Below, in pieces: positions 13,438-27,039 of a stretch of 64,000 nt of DNA (positions are counted from its first letter, which is position 1; every line of letters starts with the position of its first letter). The stretch lies in NCBI RefSeq assembly GCF_030684315.1, contig NC_081355.1, positions 54,049,909 to 54,113,908 on the forward strand, in the 5' to 3' direction. This DNA comes from Stegostoma tigrinum (lineage: Eukaryota). Made by a program: the position numbers and the translations under genes. The notes below the pieces were generated by a model. It was given only the letters and a program-made list of their open reading frames with translations, was not told where the DNA came from and searched no databases.

Positions 13438-14256
13438 TGAATTGTACCATCTACAGCCACAGGTGAGGTGCTGGAGGACTGGATGGTGGCTAATGTTGTG
13501 CTTTTATCTAGGAAAGGTTGAAAGGAGAATCCTAGGAATTATAAAACTGTCAGCCTCACATCAGTGGTGGGTAGGTTGTTGGAGGGGATTCTGAGAGATA
13601 GGATTTACATTTATTGGAGAGGCAAGGAGTGATTAGGGATAGTCAGTATGGCTTTGTGAGTGGGAACTCATGTCTCACAAACTTGAATGAGTTTTTTGAA
13701 GATGTAACAAAAAACAGGATACTGGTTGTGGATGATCAGCCATGATCATAATGAATGGTGGTGCTGGCTCGAAGTGCCGAAGGGCCTACTCCTGCACCTA
13801 TTGTCTATTGATTGATGAGGGCAGAGCAGTAGACATTGTCTAAATGGACTTTCGTAAAGCCTTGACAAGGTTCTGCATGGTAGGCTGATTCGTAAAGTTA
13901 GATCAGGGATTCAGGGAGAGCTTGCCAATTGGATACAAAATTGGCTTGATGATAGGAGACACAGGGTGATAGTGGAGGGTTGGTTTTCAGACTGGAAGCC
14001 TGTGACCAGCGGAATTCTGCAGGGTTTTGTGCTGAATCCACTGTTGATTTATTATAAACAATTTGGATGAGAATTTAGGAAGCATCGTTAATAAGTTTGT
14101 GGATGACACCAAAATTGGTGATATAGTTGACAGTGCAGAAAGTATTCTAAAATTACAAAGGGATCTTATCAATTGGGTCAATGGGCTGAGGAGTGGCAGA
14201 TGAAGTTTAATTTGGGTAATTGCAAGGTATTGGATTTGGGTAATATGAACAAGGTT

Positions 14257-14972
14257 AGAGAGAAAGTAAGAACTGAAGATGCTGGAGAAGCTGAGATAAC
14301 AAGGTGTAGAGTTGGATGAACACAACAGGCCAAGCAGAATCAGAGGAGCCGGAAAGCTGATGTTTCGAAACTTCTTCCGAAATGGGGGAGGGGAAGAGAG
14401 TTCTGAAATAAGTAGGGAGAGAGGGGGAGGCAGATAGAAGATCGATAAAAGAGAACAAAGGTGGAGAGGAGACAGACAAGTTAAAGAGGCGGGGATGGAG
14501 CCAGTAAAGGTGAGTGTAGGTGGGGAGTTAGGGAGGGGAAAGGTCAGTCCAGGGGGTATCTACAGGGCAAGGAGGCAAGATGAGGCTAGTACCTGGGAGA
14601 TGATGGGGGTTGGACTTGAGGTGGGAGGAAGAACAGGTTAGGGAGGTGGGAACAAGCTTGGTTAGTTTTGGGATGCAGTGGGGGAAGGGGATGAACTGGG
14701 CTGGTTTTGGGATGCAGTGGGGGAAGGGGAGATTTTGAAGCTTGTGAAGTCCACGTTGATGCCATTGGGCTGCAGGGTTCCCAAGTGGAATATGAGTTGC
14801 TGTTCCTGCAACCTTCGGGTGACATCATTGTGGCACTGCAGGAGGCACAGGATGGACATGTCATCTGAGGAATGGGAGGGGTAGTTGAAATGGTTCGCGA
14901 TGGGGAGGTGCAGTTGTTTGTTGTGAACCAAGCGTAGGTGTTCTGCAAAGCGGTCCCCAAGTCTCCGCTTGG
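14257..14972 (-). mobile_element. PLE 3' fragment inserted in a CR1 LINE
   Basis: End of GIY-YIG (IANHFN...EQQLIFHLGTLQPNGINVDF) plus the 3' UTR shared with the other PLE copies. Confidence 0.85.
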
Positions 14973-16211
14973 TAGGGTAGGACTTGTATTGTTAAGGGTA
15001 GGGTCCTGAGTAATGTTGTCGAACAGAGAGACCTACGGTTTCAGGTAAATAGTTCTTTGAAAGTTGTGTTGCTGGTAGACAGGTGGCTCATCAGTCATTT
15101 AGCATGTTTGCTTCATTGCTTAGAAAATTGAGAATGGGATTTGGGGCGTCATGTTGAGGTTGTACAGGGCGCTGGCGAGGCCACTTTTGGAGAACTGTGT
15201 ACAGCTCTGGTTGTCCTCGTATAGAAGAGATAATATTACATTAGAGAGGGTTCGAAAAAGATTTGCCAGAATGCTGCCAGGACTGGAGGGTTTGAGTTAT
15301 AAGGAGAAGCTTGATAGGCTGGGACTCTTTTACACCGGAGCATAGGAGGTTGAAGGGTTATCTTAGAGGTTTATGAAATCATGAAGAGCATAAATAAAGT
15401 GAAAAGCAAAGGTCTTTACCCAAACTCAAAACTAGGGGACATATTTTTAAAGTGAGAGTAGGAAGATTTAAAAGGGACCTGAGGGACAATGTTTCACAGA
15501 GAGGTTTGCACGTGGAATCAACAGCCAGAGGAAATGGCAGATGCAGGTTAATTACAACATTTACAAGACATCTGGACAGATACAAGAAGATGAAGGGTTT
15601 ATACAGGGATATGGGCCAAATGCAGCAAGTGGGAGTAGTTTAGTTTGGGAAACTTGATCAACATAGATGAGTTGGACCGAACTTATATGACTCTGTAAAC
15701 GTAGTCATTTGAGAGTGATTTGACTGAAATTTATAAAATAAATTAGATTTTCTTTTTGTAGCCTAATGAATTTCAACTGGATAAGTCAGGAAAAACCAAT
15801 GTGCAATTTATAGCAGGATAGAATTAAACATTACGGGATTTCCTTTCTCAGAGGTCAGTTTGGAACAGGTTATAAGGTCATCCAAAGATTTCTAATTTGA
15901 TGTATTCCAATGAGAGCAGAAGCTGTTCCCAACTGCAACAAAGCTCAAGCCGTATAACAGGATATTGACCCTATAATATATCAAGGCCAATGTGATCTCC
16001 TGTTTGGTTACAATAACCTATGTGGGTCAGTGAGGAATTTTTCAATTTTTTTCCTAATACTAGGCTGAGACATTTATTGTTTTGTGGATTCTCCCATGTG
16101 GTTGCATGGCTTTAGGTAAGTGGAGTTTATTTATTGTGATACAAGAGGTATTTTAAATAAGACTGATCGTTTTTATATGACCACATTAATAGCACTGCAC
16201 TTTTGGGTGAA

Positions 16212-16825
16212 GAGGGTTGGAGTATGAAAGCAGTGATGTGCTTCTGAGACTTTATAAAGCTCTAGTTAGGTCCCGTTTAGAATAGTGTCCAATTTTGGGC
16301 AACACACCTCAGGAAGGACATACGGCACTGGAGCGTGTCCAGTGGAGATTCACACCTGGGATGGTAGGTTTAGCGTATGATGAACGGCTAAGGATCCTGG
16401 GATTGTATTCATTAGAGTTTAGAAGGTTGAGGGGAGATCTGATAGAAACTTACAAGATAATGTATGGCTTAGAAAGGGCGGACGCTGGGAAGTTGTTTCC
16501 GTTAGGCGGGGAGACGAGGACCCATGGGCACAGCCGTAGAATTAGAGGGGGTAAATTTAAAACGGAAGTGAGGAGACATTTCTTCAGCCAGAGAGTGGTG
16601 GGCTTGTGGAACTCATTGCCATGGAGTGCAGTGGAGGGCGGGACGTTAAATGTCTTCAAGGCAGAGATTGATAAATTCTTGATCTCACAATAAATCAAGG
16701 GCTACAGAGAGAGTGCACGGAAGTGGAGTTGAAATGCCCATCAGCCATGATTAAATGGCGGAGTGGGCTCGGTGGGCCAAATGGCCTTACTCCCACTCCT
16801 ATGTCTTATAGTCTTATGGTCTTAT
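16212..16825 (+). mobile_element. CR1 LINE 3' fragment
   Basis: ORF 16295-16693 (LYSLEFRRLRGDLIETYK...FSQRVVGLWNSLP) and a (TCTTATG)-like tail. Confidence 0.88.
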
Positions 16826-17880
16826 ATTGTTCCATTTGAGATCCATTCCATAAATACCAATGACAAAATTAGCAGAAGCTGATAAACAGCTTAAAGAAAC
16901 TGGCAATCAATATGCAATGGTATATGAAAATAAGTAAGAAGCTGAAATTCCATGAGGGCAAGGGACTGATGGTGCCCTGTATCCTGAGTGTTGCTATCTT
17001 CCACCATAACTGCAATTCCCTGTTGAAATTCTAAAGTAGTGGCAAAGATAGTTTATACAGTTTCTCAGGGGTTTCATCCCTTTGGTTAAATGATCAGTTA
17101 CTTCCATTGAATAAAACAATTGTTTTGAAGGCTTGAATATTAAAACAAACGAAGAGAAGGTACTATGAGAGCTTGAGTTTATGAGCTGTAACTTCTGCAA
17201 GGAAAATTCATTGAGATTGTGTGTTTAATCATATTTATGTTCGTACTTACGAGTTGCATCATCAGTGTTACATTGCTTTTCGTGCATAAACACACAGAAA
17301 TATATACATAACGCTGATAAAAGAAGTTTCGCATAATACTGTAAATAGGAATTCCAATTTGGTAATGGTGGAATATAGAGTAGTAATCACAATTTTAAAA
17401 ATCCATTTGCTCTTCTGATTCCCATCACGTCTTCCTAACATTTTTCAGTACTCTAAATACTCTATTGTCACGAAAGCAATTGAAGATGCACTATAATAGT
17501 CACTACCAAACTGACATGTAGCTGAATGCTGGCATGATGTGGGTCCCAGATCACAATCTACCATGAAAAAGTGAGAAGCAAAACATAAGCAGAAAGTTAA
17601 CCTGTTTTGTTAGTCAGAAAACTGACAGTATTTTGATGTAGTATTTTGATTTCACTCCCACAAAGTCAATGGAGGATAAAATAAAATCAGTTACAGTGTA
17701 AAACCTGCAGATGACCCAAACATTTCAGCTTCCTGCCAGAGTATGGTGGTTAAAATTAACCCTATAGGATCTGGTTCACATAGTACTCTAGTATGAAACC
17801 ATTGAATTAAAATAGCTTTGGAGATGCATTGATGTGTTCTTGAAAAGAATATTTAAACAAAGACAACAGCTCTCAAACTC

Positions 17881-20800
17881 AGAGACAATAGGAAGTGCAG
17901 ATGCTAGAGAATCCAAGATAACAGGGTGTGGAGCTGGATGAACACAGCAGGCCAAGCAGCATCAGAGGAGCAGGAAAGCTGATGCTTCGGGCCTAGACCA
18001 TTCATCAGAAATGGGGGAGGGGAAGAGGGTTCTGAAGTAAATGGGGAGACAGGGGGAGGCGGATTGAAGATGGATAGAGGAGAAGATAGTTGGACAAGAG
18101 AGAGACAAGTTAAAGAGACAGGGATGGAGCCAGTAAAGGTGAGTGTAGGTGGGGAGGTCGGGAGGGGATAGTTCAGTCCAGGGAGGATGGACAGGTCAAG
18201 GGGGCAGGATAAGGTTAGTAGGAAGGAAATGGGGGTGTGGCTTGAGGAGGGAGGAGGGGATAGGTGGGAGGAAGAACAGGTTAGGGAGGCAGGGATGAGT
18301 TTATCTGGTTTTGGGATGCAGTAGGGGGAGGGGAGATTTTGAAGCTTGTGAAATCCACATTGATACCATTGGACTGCAGGGTTCCCAAGCAGAATATTAG
18401 TTGCTGTTCCTGCAACCTTCGGGTGGCATCGTTGCGGCACTGCAGTTGGCCCAGGATGGACTTGTCGTCTGAAGAATGGGAGGGGGGAGTTGAAATGATT
18501 CGCAACCAGGAGATGCAGCTGTTTATTGCGAACCGAGCGGAGGTGTTCTGCAAAGCAGACCCCAAGCCTCTGCTTGGTTTCCCTGATGTAGAGGAGGCCA
18601 CAAGGGGTACAGTGGATGCAGTATACCACATTAGCAGATGTGCAAGTGAACATCTGCTTGATGTGGAACGTCTTCTTGGGACCTGGGATGGGGATGAGGC
18701 AGGAGGTGTGGGGGTAGGTGTAGCACTTCCTGCGGTTGCAGGGAAAAGTGCCGGGTGTGGTGGGACCGGAGGGGAGTGTGAAGCGAACAAGGGAGTCACG
18801 GAGAGAGCGATCCCTCCAGAAAGCAGACAAGGGTGGGGAGGGAAAAATGTCTTTGGTGGTGGGGTTGGATTGCAGATGGCAGAAGTGTCGGAGGATGATG
18901 TGTTGTATCCGGAGGTTGGTGGGGTGGTAAGTGAGGATGAGGGTGATTCTCTTTTGGTTGTTATTGCGGGAACCGGCTGTGAGGGATGAGTTGCGGGAAA
19001 TGCGGGAGACACGGTTGAGGGCGTTCTTGACCACTGCGGGGGGGATGTTGCGGTCCTTGAAAAATGAGGACATCTGAGATGTGTAGTAGTGGAATGCTTC
19101 ATCCTGGGAGCAGATGCGGTGGAGGCGAAGGAATTGGGAATAGGGGATGGCATTTTTACAGGAAGGTGGGTGTGAGGAGGTATATTCTAGGTAGCTGTTG
19201 GAGTCGGTGGGCTTGAAATGGATATCAGTTTCTAGGTGGTTGCCCGAGTTGGAGACAGAGAGGTCCAGGAAAGTGAAGGAGGTGCTAGGGATAGTTCAGG
19301 TGAACTTAAGGTTGGGGTGGAAGGTGTTGTTGAAGTGGATGACCTGTTCGAGCTCCTCGTGAGAGCACGTGGCGGTGCCAATACAGTTGTCAATGTAATG
19401 GAGGAAGAGGTGAGGTTTTGGGCCGGTGTAGGACCCGCATAGGCCTGGGCTATGCCTGCCTCTTTGTAGGTTATGTGGAACAATCCCTCTTCCGCACCTA
19501 CACTGGCGCTAAACCAACTCTTCCTCTGTTACATTGATCACTGTATCAGCGCAGGCTCGTGCTCCCACAAGGAGCTCGAACAGTTCATCCACTTCACCAA
19601 CATCTTTCACCCCAACCTTAAGTTCACCTGGGCTATCTCTAACACCTCCCTCACCTTCCTGGACCTCTCTGTCTCCATCTTGGGCATCACCTAGAAACTG
19701 ATATCCATTTCAAGCGCACTGACTCCCACAGCTACCTAGAATACACCTCCTCCCACCCACCTTCCTACAAAAATGCCATCCCCTATTCCTAATGCCTTCG
19801 CTTCTGCCGCATCTGCTCCCAGGATGAGGCATTCCACTACCGTACATCTCAGATGTCCTCGTTTTTCAAGGACCATAACTTGCCCCCTGCAGCGGTTGAG
19901 AACGCCCTCAACCGTGTCTGCCACATTTCCTGCAACTCATCCCTTACACCCCGTCCCTGCAATAACAACCAAAAGAGAATCCCCCTCATCCTCACATACC
20001 ACTCCACCAACCTCTGGATACAACGCATCAGCCTCCGACGTTTCCGCCATCTGCAATTCGACATCACCACCAAAGACATTTTTCCCTCCCCACCCTTGTC
20101 TGCTTTCTGGAGGCACCACTGTCTCCATGACTCTCTTGTCCGCTCCACACTCCCCTCCAGCCCCACCACACCCGGCACTTTTCCCTGCAACCGCAGGAAT
20201 TGCTACCTCTGCCCCCACACCTCCTCCCTCACCCCCATCCCAGGCCCCAAGAAGACTTTCCACATCAAGCAGATGTTCACCTGCACAACTGCTAATGTGG
20301 TATACTGCATCCGCTGTACCCGTTGTGGCCTCCTCGACATCAGGGATACCAAGTGGAGGCTTGGGGTCCACTTTACAGAACACCTACGTTCGGTTCACAA
20401 TAAACAGTTGCACGTCCGGGTCGCAAATCATTTCAACTCCCCCTCTCATTCCTCAAACGACATGTCCATCCTGGGCCTCCTGCAGTGCCACAATGATGCC
20501 ACTTGAAGGTTGCAGGAACAGAAACTCAAATTCTGCTTGGAAACCGTGCAGCCCAATGGCATCAATGTGGATTTCACAAGCTTCAAAATCTCCCCTCCCC
20601 GTACTGCATCCCAAAACCAGCAGAAGTTGTACGCACCTCCCTAACCTGTTCTTCCTCTCACCTATCCCCTCCTCCCACATCAAGCCGCACCACATTTCCT
20701 ACCTACTAACCTCATCCCGTCCCCTTGACCAGTCCGTCCTCGCTGGGTTGACCAATCTCCTCCCGACCTCCCCACCTGCACTTACCTTTACTGGCTTCAT

Positions 20801-20949
20801 CCCTGCCTCTTTAACTTGTCTGTCTCTTCTCCACCTATCTTCTCCTCTATCCATCTTCAATCAGCCTCCCCCTCTCTCCCTATTTATTTCAGAACCCTCT
20901 TCCCCCTCCCCCATTTCTGATGAAGGGTCTAGGCCCGAAACATCAGCTC
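17881..20949. mobile_element. Older Penelope-like element, inverted/fold-back insertion
   Basis: Minus arm 17881-19432 and plus arm 19433-20949 with frameshifted RT/GIY-YIG; flanking repeat CAGCTCTC(A/T)AACTCAGA at 17867-17883 and 20944-20960. Confidence 0.9.
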
Positions 20950-20989
20950 TCTAACTCAGACAGATTATTTTGTGCATGTTTCCTCTTAC

Positions 20990-21235
20990 ATTGGTCATGG
21001 TCTGCTGGAGAAGCTTACGAGCATGGACCTCCTGTCCTTGACCCATAGACACACAGCGAGTTTCTATCTTGACTTTTTTACCCAAAGCTATGATGGAATC
21101 TGTGGGATCAGAACCCATCGACAGAAAACAAATAAGAGGAGTATGTTTATCTGATTCCTCCCAAGTCATTTCCAAGTCCAGGACGAGTCCTTCTGCATAT
21201 TTTTCTCCCATTGCATCGATAATATATTTACGAGC
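20990..21235 (-). CDS. DNAH5: Dynein heavy chain exon, [13 protein letters not shown]...[12 protein letters not shown]...[12 protein letters not shown]...TMTN
   Basis: tag|GCT acceptor, AAT|gtaaga donor; 246 nt; LSMGSDP and SMGQGQ AAA6 motifs. Confidence 0.92.
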
Positions 21236-21426
21236 CTAAATAACAAAGGTGAAAGTTAAAAAATTGTTTGGTAAAGGGTCCTACTGCTAATCAGCTTCCA
21301 CCTAGCATTACACAAGGTTAGAATATTGTCTTTGTATATAAATGAAATTGAATAAAATATTCAGCTATTAAATCACCTCCCCTTCAATAACAATAAGTAC
21401 TCTTCACTTTCATGATGTGCAAATTA

Positions 21427-21741
21427 GGGCGATATGGTGGCTCAGTGGTCAGCACTGTTACCTCACAGTGCCTAGGACCTGGGTTCAATTCCAGCCTTGG
21501 GTGACAGTGTGTATGGAGTCTGCATATTCTCTTTGTTTCTCCTGGGGGGTTCTGGTTTCCTCCCACAGTCTAAAGATGTGCAAGTTAGGTGGACTGGCCA
21601 TACCAAATTACCAATAGCGTTTAGAGATGTGTAGGTTAGGTGCACTAACCATGGCAGATGGGTCTGGGTGGGAGGATCTTCAGAGGGTTGGTTTGGACTT
21701 GTTTGGCCAAATGGCCTGTTTCCACACTGTGGGGATTCTAT
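21427..21741 (+). mobile_element. HE1-like tRNA-derived V-SINE
   Basis: GGTGGCTCAGTGG A-box, GGTTCAATTCC B-box, V-domain and tail. Confidence 0.8.
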
Positions 21742-22974
21742 TTGAAAAAAAAACTGTTTTCCCTTGCATATTTTCAGTTCTTCAATGAATAACAATTATT
21801 ACTCAATTGATTGATTTAAATGTGTTAATGGAATGACCCACATGAAACCTGTCTCAATAAAAATAACAATGGGCAGGTAGAGATGCATTTGTGTATTTGT
21901 GATTTGCACAGCCTCTGACCCTTTTCTATCTGCCTGTTACTGGCTTAATCAAGACCTGAGCATCCCTCAGACTGTCTACTGACAGATAAAGTACTGAAAA
22001 TAAATTGATAAAGAATCATGGATTCTGCTTTTTGGAGATTTCAAAACACTCATTTGCCAACCAGGTAAATTACTTGATTGAGTTTTTAAAACTCCCACTA
22101 CCTGGCAGAAACCAAATCAATAGCTCTTTTTCCTGCTCTAATACGGCCAACAATGACTTTAACCCCAGGAAATGTGAGGCTTCTGCCTTGGTCAGGATCT
22201 TGCTCAGGAAGGTTTATATGGGTCACAGGGAACCACTGGATTTTGCACTTCCCTGATCAGTGAGCTGCTTCAAGCACAGGTAACTCAACAATGAATACTG
22301 TTCTAGGCCGTCAACCATTTCAATCATGCTGGCGACAGGCTTGCTCTGCTCCATCACCATGTGAAGGAAATAGCCACTTTGAATTGATTCTGTGATTTAT
22401 GTATACGTTACTCAGCCATATAAAGTGTGCGTCTCGGAGGAAAAGTCAAATGAATGTCATGGATGAACTATGGCACCACTGTCCTATTTCATCAAAATCT
22501 CAATTTTATTTGTTATTGAATTGAACTAAAACATCAGTGGATTTTCTTGTCTTTCTTGCAGAAATGTATTCTAATTTATAGAATTTTTACTTTCTATCAG
22601 ATGCATAACAATTTTTTATTTGTTCACCTTGTTGCACATTTTTGATAGCAACGTTTTTTTAAGCTGGGGAATGCAGTGAAGAAAGTCATCCTTTTTACAG
22701 ATGTAACCACGTAATAACTTTCCATTAATACCACTAATTATGAAATATACTGCTAATTGAAATTCACTTTCAACATCAGTGCACATAAGCTAAAAATTAA
22801 CTTAATTGTTTAAGCAGCATGGAATCTAGCATACAGCCTAATGAAGATTTATATCCTTGATAAATGATAATTAAGGCAGTAATGTCTTTTTTTAAAAATG
22901 TAGAATGGTTATGTCTTTAAACCTCAAAGATGTATAATTTACAAAATCCTGCAGTCCTTTGCATTCTAATGTAC

Positions 22975-23124
22975 CTGTGCAATGGTTCTATCAGGACACC
23001 AAGATCTGATCAGGAGAAGACGTCGGAAACAGTCCAAGGATTGGTCATAAGCATTTGGCAGAATCTCTTCCTCAGGAGCTTCTTTATCAAACCAGTTTTT
23101 CCAGAGTTTCTCATTTCTCCCAAT
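22975..23124 (-). CDS. DNAH5: Dynein heavy chain exon, [20 protein letters not shown]...[15 protein letters not shown] (not shown in-frame by the ORF track)
   Basis: Manual translation of the minus strand; tag|ATT acceptor, CAG|gtac donor; 150 nt, phase 0-0. Confidence 0.9.
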
Positions 23125-24132
23125 CTATTGAAATAACATTGTTGTATGATTGTGTAAACAGTGCAAAAATAAACAAAGTGGAGTAGAGATCCTTCAGCCC
23201 AGCAACAAAAGTCCAAATCACACTGTAACTGTTTCCAATGAATGGACCTAGTGCCAACTGTTGTGTCAATCGCATATTGCCTTTCCCAGGGATGGCCAGT
23301 TTGCATTTTGCAGCTGGTTTCCAGTCTTGTGACATGTTGGGAGTCTGATCAATTGTCTTGACATATTAAAGTTCTTTCCCAGTTTCTTACAGTTTTCTCC
23401 AAACAGGTATTCCTCTGAATCTGGAAACGCTCTGAAGGTGGCTTTGATAGCCTGCCTATCAGAAACGTGTTTCTGTACCAATCAAGGGCTTATCCACTCA
23501 AAAATATTAACTTTTCTTGGTGGCTTGTTTCTGAATTGAATTCCAACACTCTGGGAAAATCCTCCACAGCAAGTGGTGGAATTTAAAGTCACTTAATAAA
23601 TCTGGAATATAAACCTCGTCTCAGTAATGACTCTCATGACCCCTCCAGCTCACTAATTGCTTTGAGGGAAAGAAATCTCACCCCTACCCAGTTTCACCTC
23701 CATATGACTCCAGAACCCCATCAAGACAGCTGACACACTGGAAATAGTGTACCAAGCCACTTGATTCAAGTTCCATCAGGGATGGGCAACAAATGTTGAC
23801 CTGGCTCACAGTGCCCCACTAAAAAAATAAAGAAATAGTTTGAAAAACTACTCCCATGAACCACGTGAAATGATCACTCAGGTCGCAGAGTCAGGACTTC
23901 CCAGAACCTAGTGCCACATTCCACTTGCTGCAAATATCTGCATGGATACAGGCTGTCCAGCTGTTTAAGTCAGTTAATTTGAGGAGGCAGCACTCAGTGA
24001 ATCACGGTACATGTGAGCAAGATCAATGAGGAATTAGTGTTGGAGAACAATTGTAATAAAGTGTTGTCTATTCATACTTCAAATCAATTGTATCACATAA
24101 AAATTGTATACTTTTATCAATTCTAAACATAC

Positions 24133-24254
24133 TTGATCCAAGATATCTGCAAACTGCCCGAGTTTCCGTAGTTCCACCAGGTTTAGCCAGGTCATATCCA
24201 AGATCCACTTTGCGGGTTTTGGAGGACAAGCCTTAAGGTCCAATGAAGCACCAC
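24133..24254 (-). CDS. DNAH5: Dynein heavy chain exon, (G)[28 protein letters not shown]...ILDQ
   Basis: cag|GT acceptor (phase 1), CAA|gtatg donor; 122 nt. Confidence 0.9.
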
Positions 24255-24899
24255 CTGTAGAATGTAAAAGGATGCAATGTTTTATTTTACTTAAGATCAT
24301 TTATATCCTTCACATATGAAAATAATTTTCTATTTAATGAGAACATTTAAGAAAGTGTGGAGACTTGTCAACACCACAACCTATAGGAAACAGGACAATG
24401 GATTTAAAGAGTGCAGGGAGGAGACTATTCTGCCTAGAAATCAGTAAACAAAATTATGGCTAACTAGATATGGCTTTAACTCCACACTCCCTGCCTGAAA
24501 TTGATCCATTTATCCCAGGTGAATGTTTTCTGCAAGTTAGCTAGTGCTCTATCCATACTAACACATTACACCCAACACCACAAACTCCAAAGTTATGGCT
24601 CCCTTTAAGCTGTGTGGCTGCGGTTCTGGAAGTCAATGTCGCACACAGCCCTCAGGGGCCTGTGCAGTTGGTGAAATAATTAAAGCAATGATGGTAGTAA
24701 TGTTTTATATAATTATTATTCTTGACTAAATGATCCTTCACTATGAAATTCTAAAAAAACTAAAATTTATCTGCCAATAAATACAGAATGTAAGGGACAG
24801 AATTAGGAAAAAATCTAAAATGGTGTCAACACAAAGATGTGCAACTAATTCTGGCAAGGTTTAGCAGTAGACCTCAAACACAGGCATAGCAATATACCT

Positions 24900-26940
24900 T
24901 AAGCCCATCAAATGCATATTCCGCACCATGCAGGAAATCCAGGACACACCTCATATCCTGGACAATCATGTGCAGGAACAGTCGTTGGCTGAAGGGTTAG
25001 AGTTCTTGGTTATAGAGATTAAACAGCTTATGAATAGCATGTTTCTGAAAGTCGTCAACTCACAACTTAAGAGAGTAAATAAGCATTGCTAAGAAATAGT
25101 AGAAATTGCAGTTGATGGAGTCAGAGATAACACAGTGTGGAAATAGAGGAGGCCAGCAGGCCAGGCAGCATCAGAGGAGCAGGAAAGTTGATATTTTGGG
25201 TCAGGACTTCAGAAATGGGAGGAGGGGTAAGGGAGCTGGGAAATAAATAGAGGAGAGGTGGGGCTGGGGAAGGTAGGTGGGATGGTGATAGGTGAGTGCA
25301 GGTAGGGAGTGGTGGAGATTGGTCGGTGAGGTGGGAGAGGTGGATACCTGGGAGAGAAGATGGACAGATTGTGTCCGTTCAAGGAGATGGGGATGAGAGG
25401 GAGGGTTAATCATGGGATGAGGCCGAGGGTGGGGAGATTTTGAAACTGGTAAAATCCATGTTTAGACCATTGGGTTATAGGCTCCCAAGTTGGAATAGGA
25501 GGTGCTGCTCCTCCAGTTTGTGGGTGGCATCAGTGTGACAGTGGAGGAGGCCCAGGATGGACATGTCACCCAGGGAGTGGGAGGGGGAGTTGAAATGGTT
25601 CGCATCCGGAAGGTGTTAACGTTTGTCGCAAACAGAGGACAGGTGCTGTATAAAATGGTCTCCGAGCCTCCGCTTGGTCTCTCCAATGTAGAGAATGCCA
25701 CATCAGGAGCAGTGGATGCAATAGACCACATTGACTGGTGTGCAGGTAAACTTCTGTGTAATGTGGAACGTTTGGTTTGGCCTTGAATGGAGGTGAGGGG
25801 TGTAGGTGTAGGGCAGATGTAGCACTTCTTGTGGTTGCAGGGAAAGGTGCCAGGGGTGGTGGGGCTAGTGGGGGGTGTGGAGTAGATGAGAGAGTCATGG
25901 AGAGAGTGGTCCATACAGAAGGCGTGTAAATGTGGGAGGGAAATATATCTTTTGTTATGGGGTCAGGTTGTAGGTGGCTGAAGTGGCGGAGATTGACACA
26001 TTAGATATGGAGATTGGTGGGGTGATACATGAGAAAAAGGGGGATTCTGTCTTTGTTTTTGTTGGTGGGAGGGGATGTGAGGGCAGAGGTGCAGGAAACG
26101 CAAGAGATGTGGTTGAGAGAATTTTCAATCACCAAAGGGATGAAGTTGCAGTCCTTGAAATAGGAGGACATCTGGAATGTGCAGGAGTGGAATGCCCCAT
26201 CTTGGGAGCAGACATGGCAGAGGCAGAGGAATTGGGAGTACAGGATTGCATTCCTGCAGTCAGGTGGTTGAGAGGTGGTATAGTCTAGGTAGCTGTGGGA
26301 GTTGGTGGGCTTGAAATAGATGCTGGTTTCGAGGCAGTCACCACAGATGGAGACAGAGGGGTTCAGGAATGAGAGGGAGGTATCAGGGATGGTCCAGGTG
26401 AACTTGAGGTTGGAGTGAGAAGTGTTAGTAAAGTTGGTGAACTGTTCAAGTTCCTCGTAAGAGTACAAGGCAGCGCCTATACAGTTATTGATATAGCAGA
26501 GGAAGAGGTGGAGAATAGTGCCAGTGTAACAGTGGAAGAGGTTCTGTTCCACATAATAAGTATTTCTAAACAAGAAAGGAGGTCAAGGCAGATAAAGCAG
26601 GAGTCACGTGAGTGCATCTCACTCTCCAATCAGTATTCAGTTCAGAACATTAGTGCAGATGATGATTTCTCTGAAGAACACAGCTATAGAAAAGTACAAA
26701 GTAATGTAGGTGGCTCAGCTCTATTGGGGGTAAATGAAGGAAGAAGTTCAGGAAAGCAATAGTGATAGGGAATTCTATAATTTGAGGAACAGGTAAACAT
26801 TTTTTGAATTCATTCTTTGGGTGTGGGCATGGTTGACATGGCCAACATCATTGCTCTTGACTCTGGGATGGCATGCTGCCTTCCAGTTCTCAGAACTAGA
26901 GGCATCAGTGAGCTGTGCAAAACATTTTGTAGAGGGTATT
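24900..26940 (+). mobile_element. CR1 ORF1 (esterase-type) remnant split by a PLE
   Basis: AIVIGNSI-like and CCLP-like motifs at about 26757-26885; upstream half at about 24900-25075. Confidence 0.5.
25092..26556 (-). mobile_element. Diverged PLE (RT C-terminus + GIY-YIG + 3' end) inserted in a CR1 ORF1 remnant
   Basis: ORFs 26001-26573 and 25462-25914 are homologous to the PLE ORF; degenerate TSD AATAAG(C/T)ATT(G/T)CTAA at 25078-25092 and 26555-26569. Confidence 0.85.
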
Positions 26941-27039
26941 TTCAAGAATGGAGAATTCTAGAAATGAGTAAGAATTTGATGTGTTGAGGTTATTCCCTGT
27001 TGAATACCAGATGCTGAGGAGTGGTTTAATTGAGTTTCT

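Larger units (their letters stand above)
12985..15695 (+). mobile_element. CR1/HER1-like LINE ORF2 remnant carrying nested SINE, PLE and short CR1-tail insertions
   Basis: Degraded RT peptides (KVDQSLGLDQVYLRML, KFVDDTK, YRALARPLLENCVQLW) and a CR1 3' tail. Confidence 0.8.

Noticed and set aside
17904-20954. 389-, 290- and 393-aa ORFs
   Set aside because: Frameshifted PLE arms reading into the 3' UTR; no independent protein.
21427-21500. tRNA-like A/B boxes as tRNA genes
   Set aside because: They are SINE heads continuing into V-domain and LINE-tail sequence.
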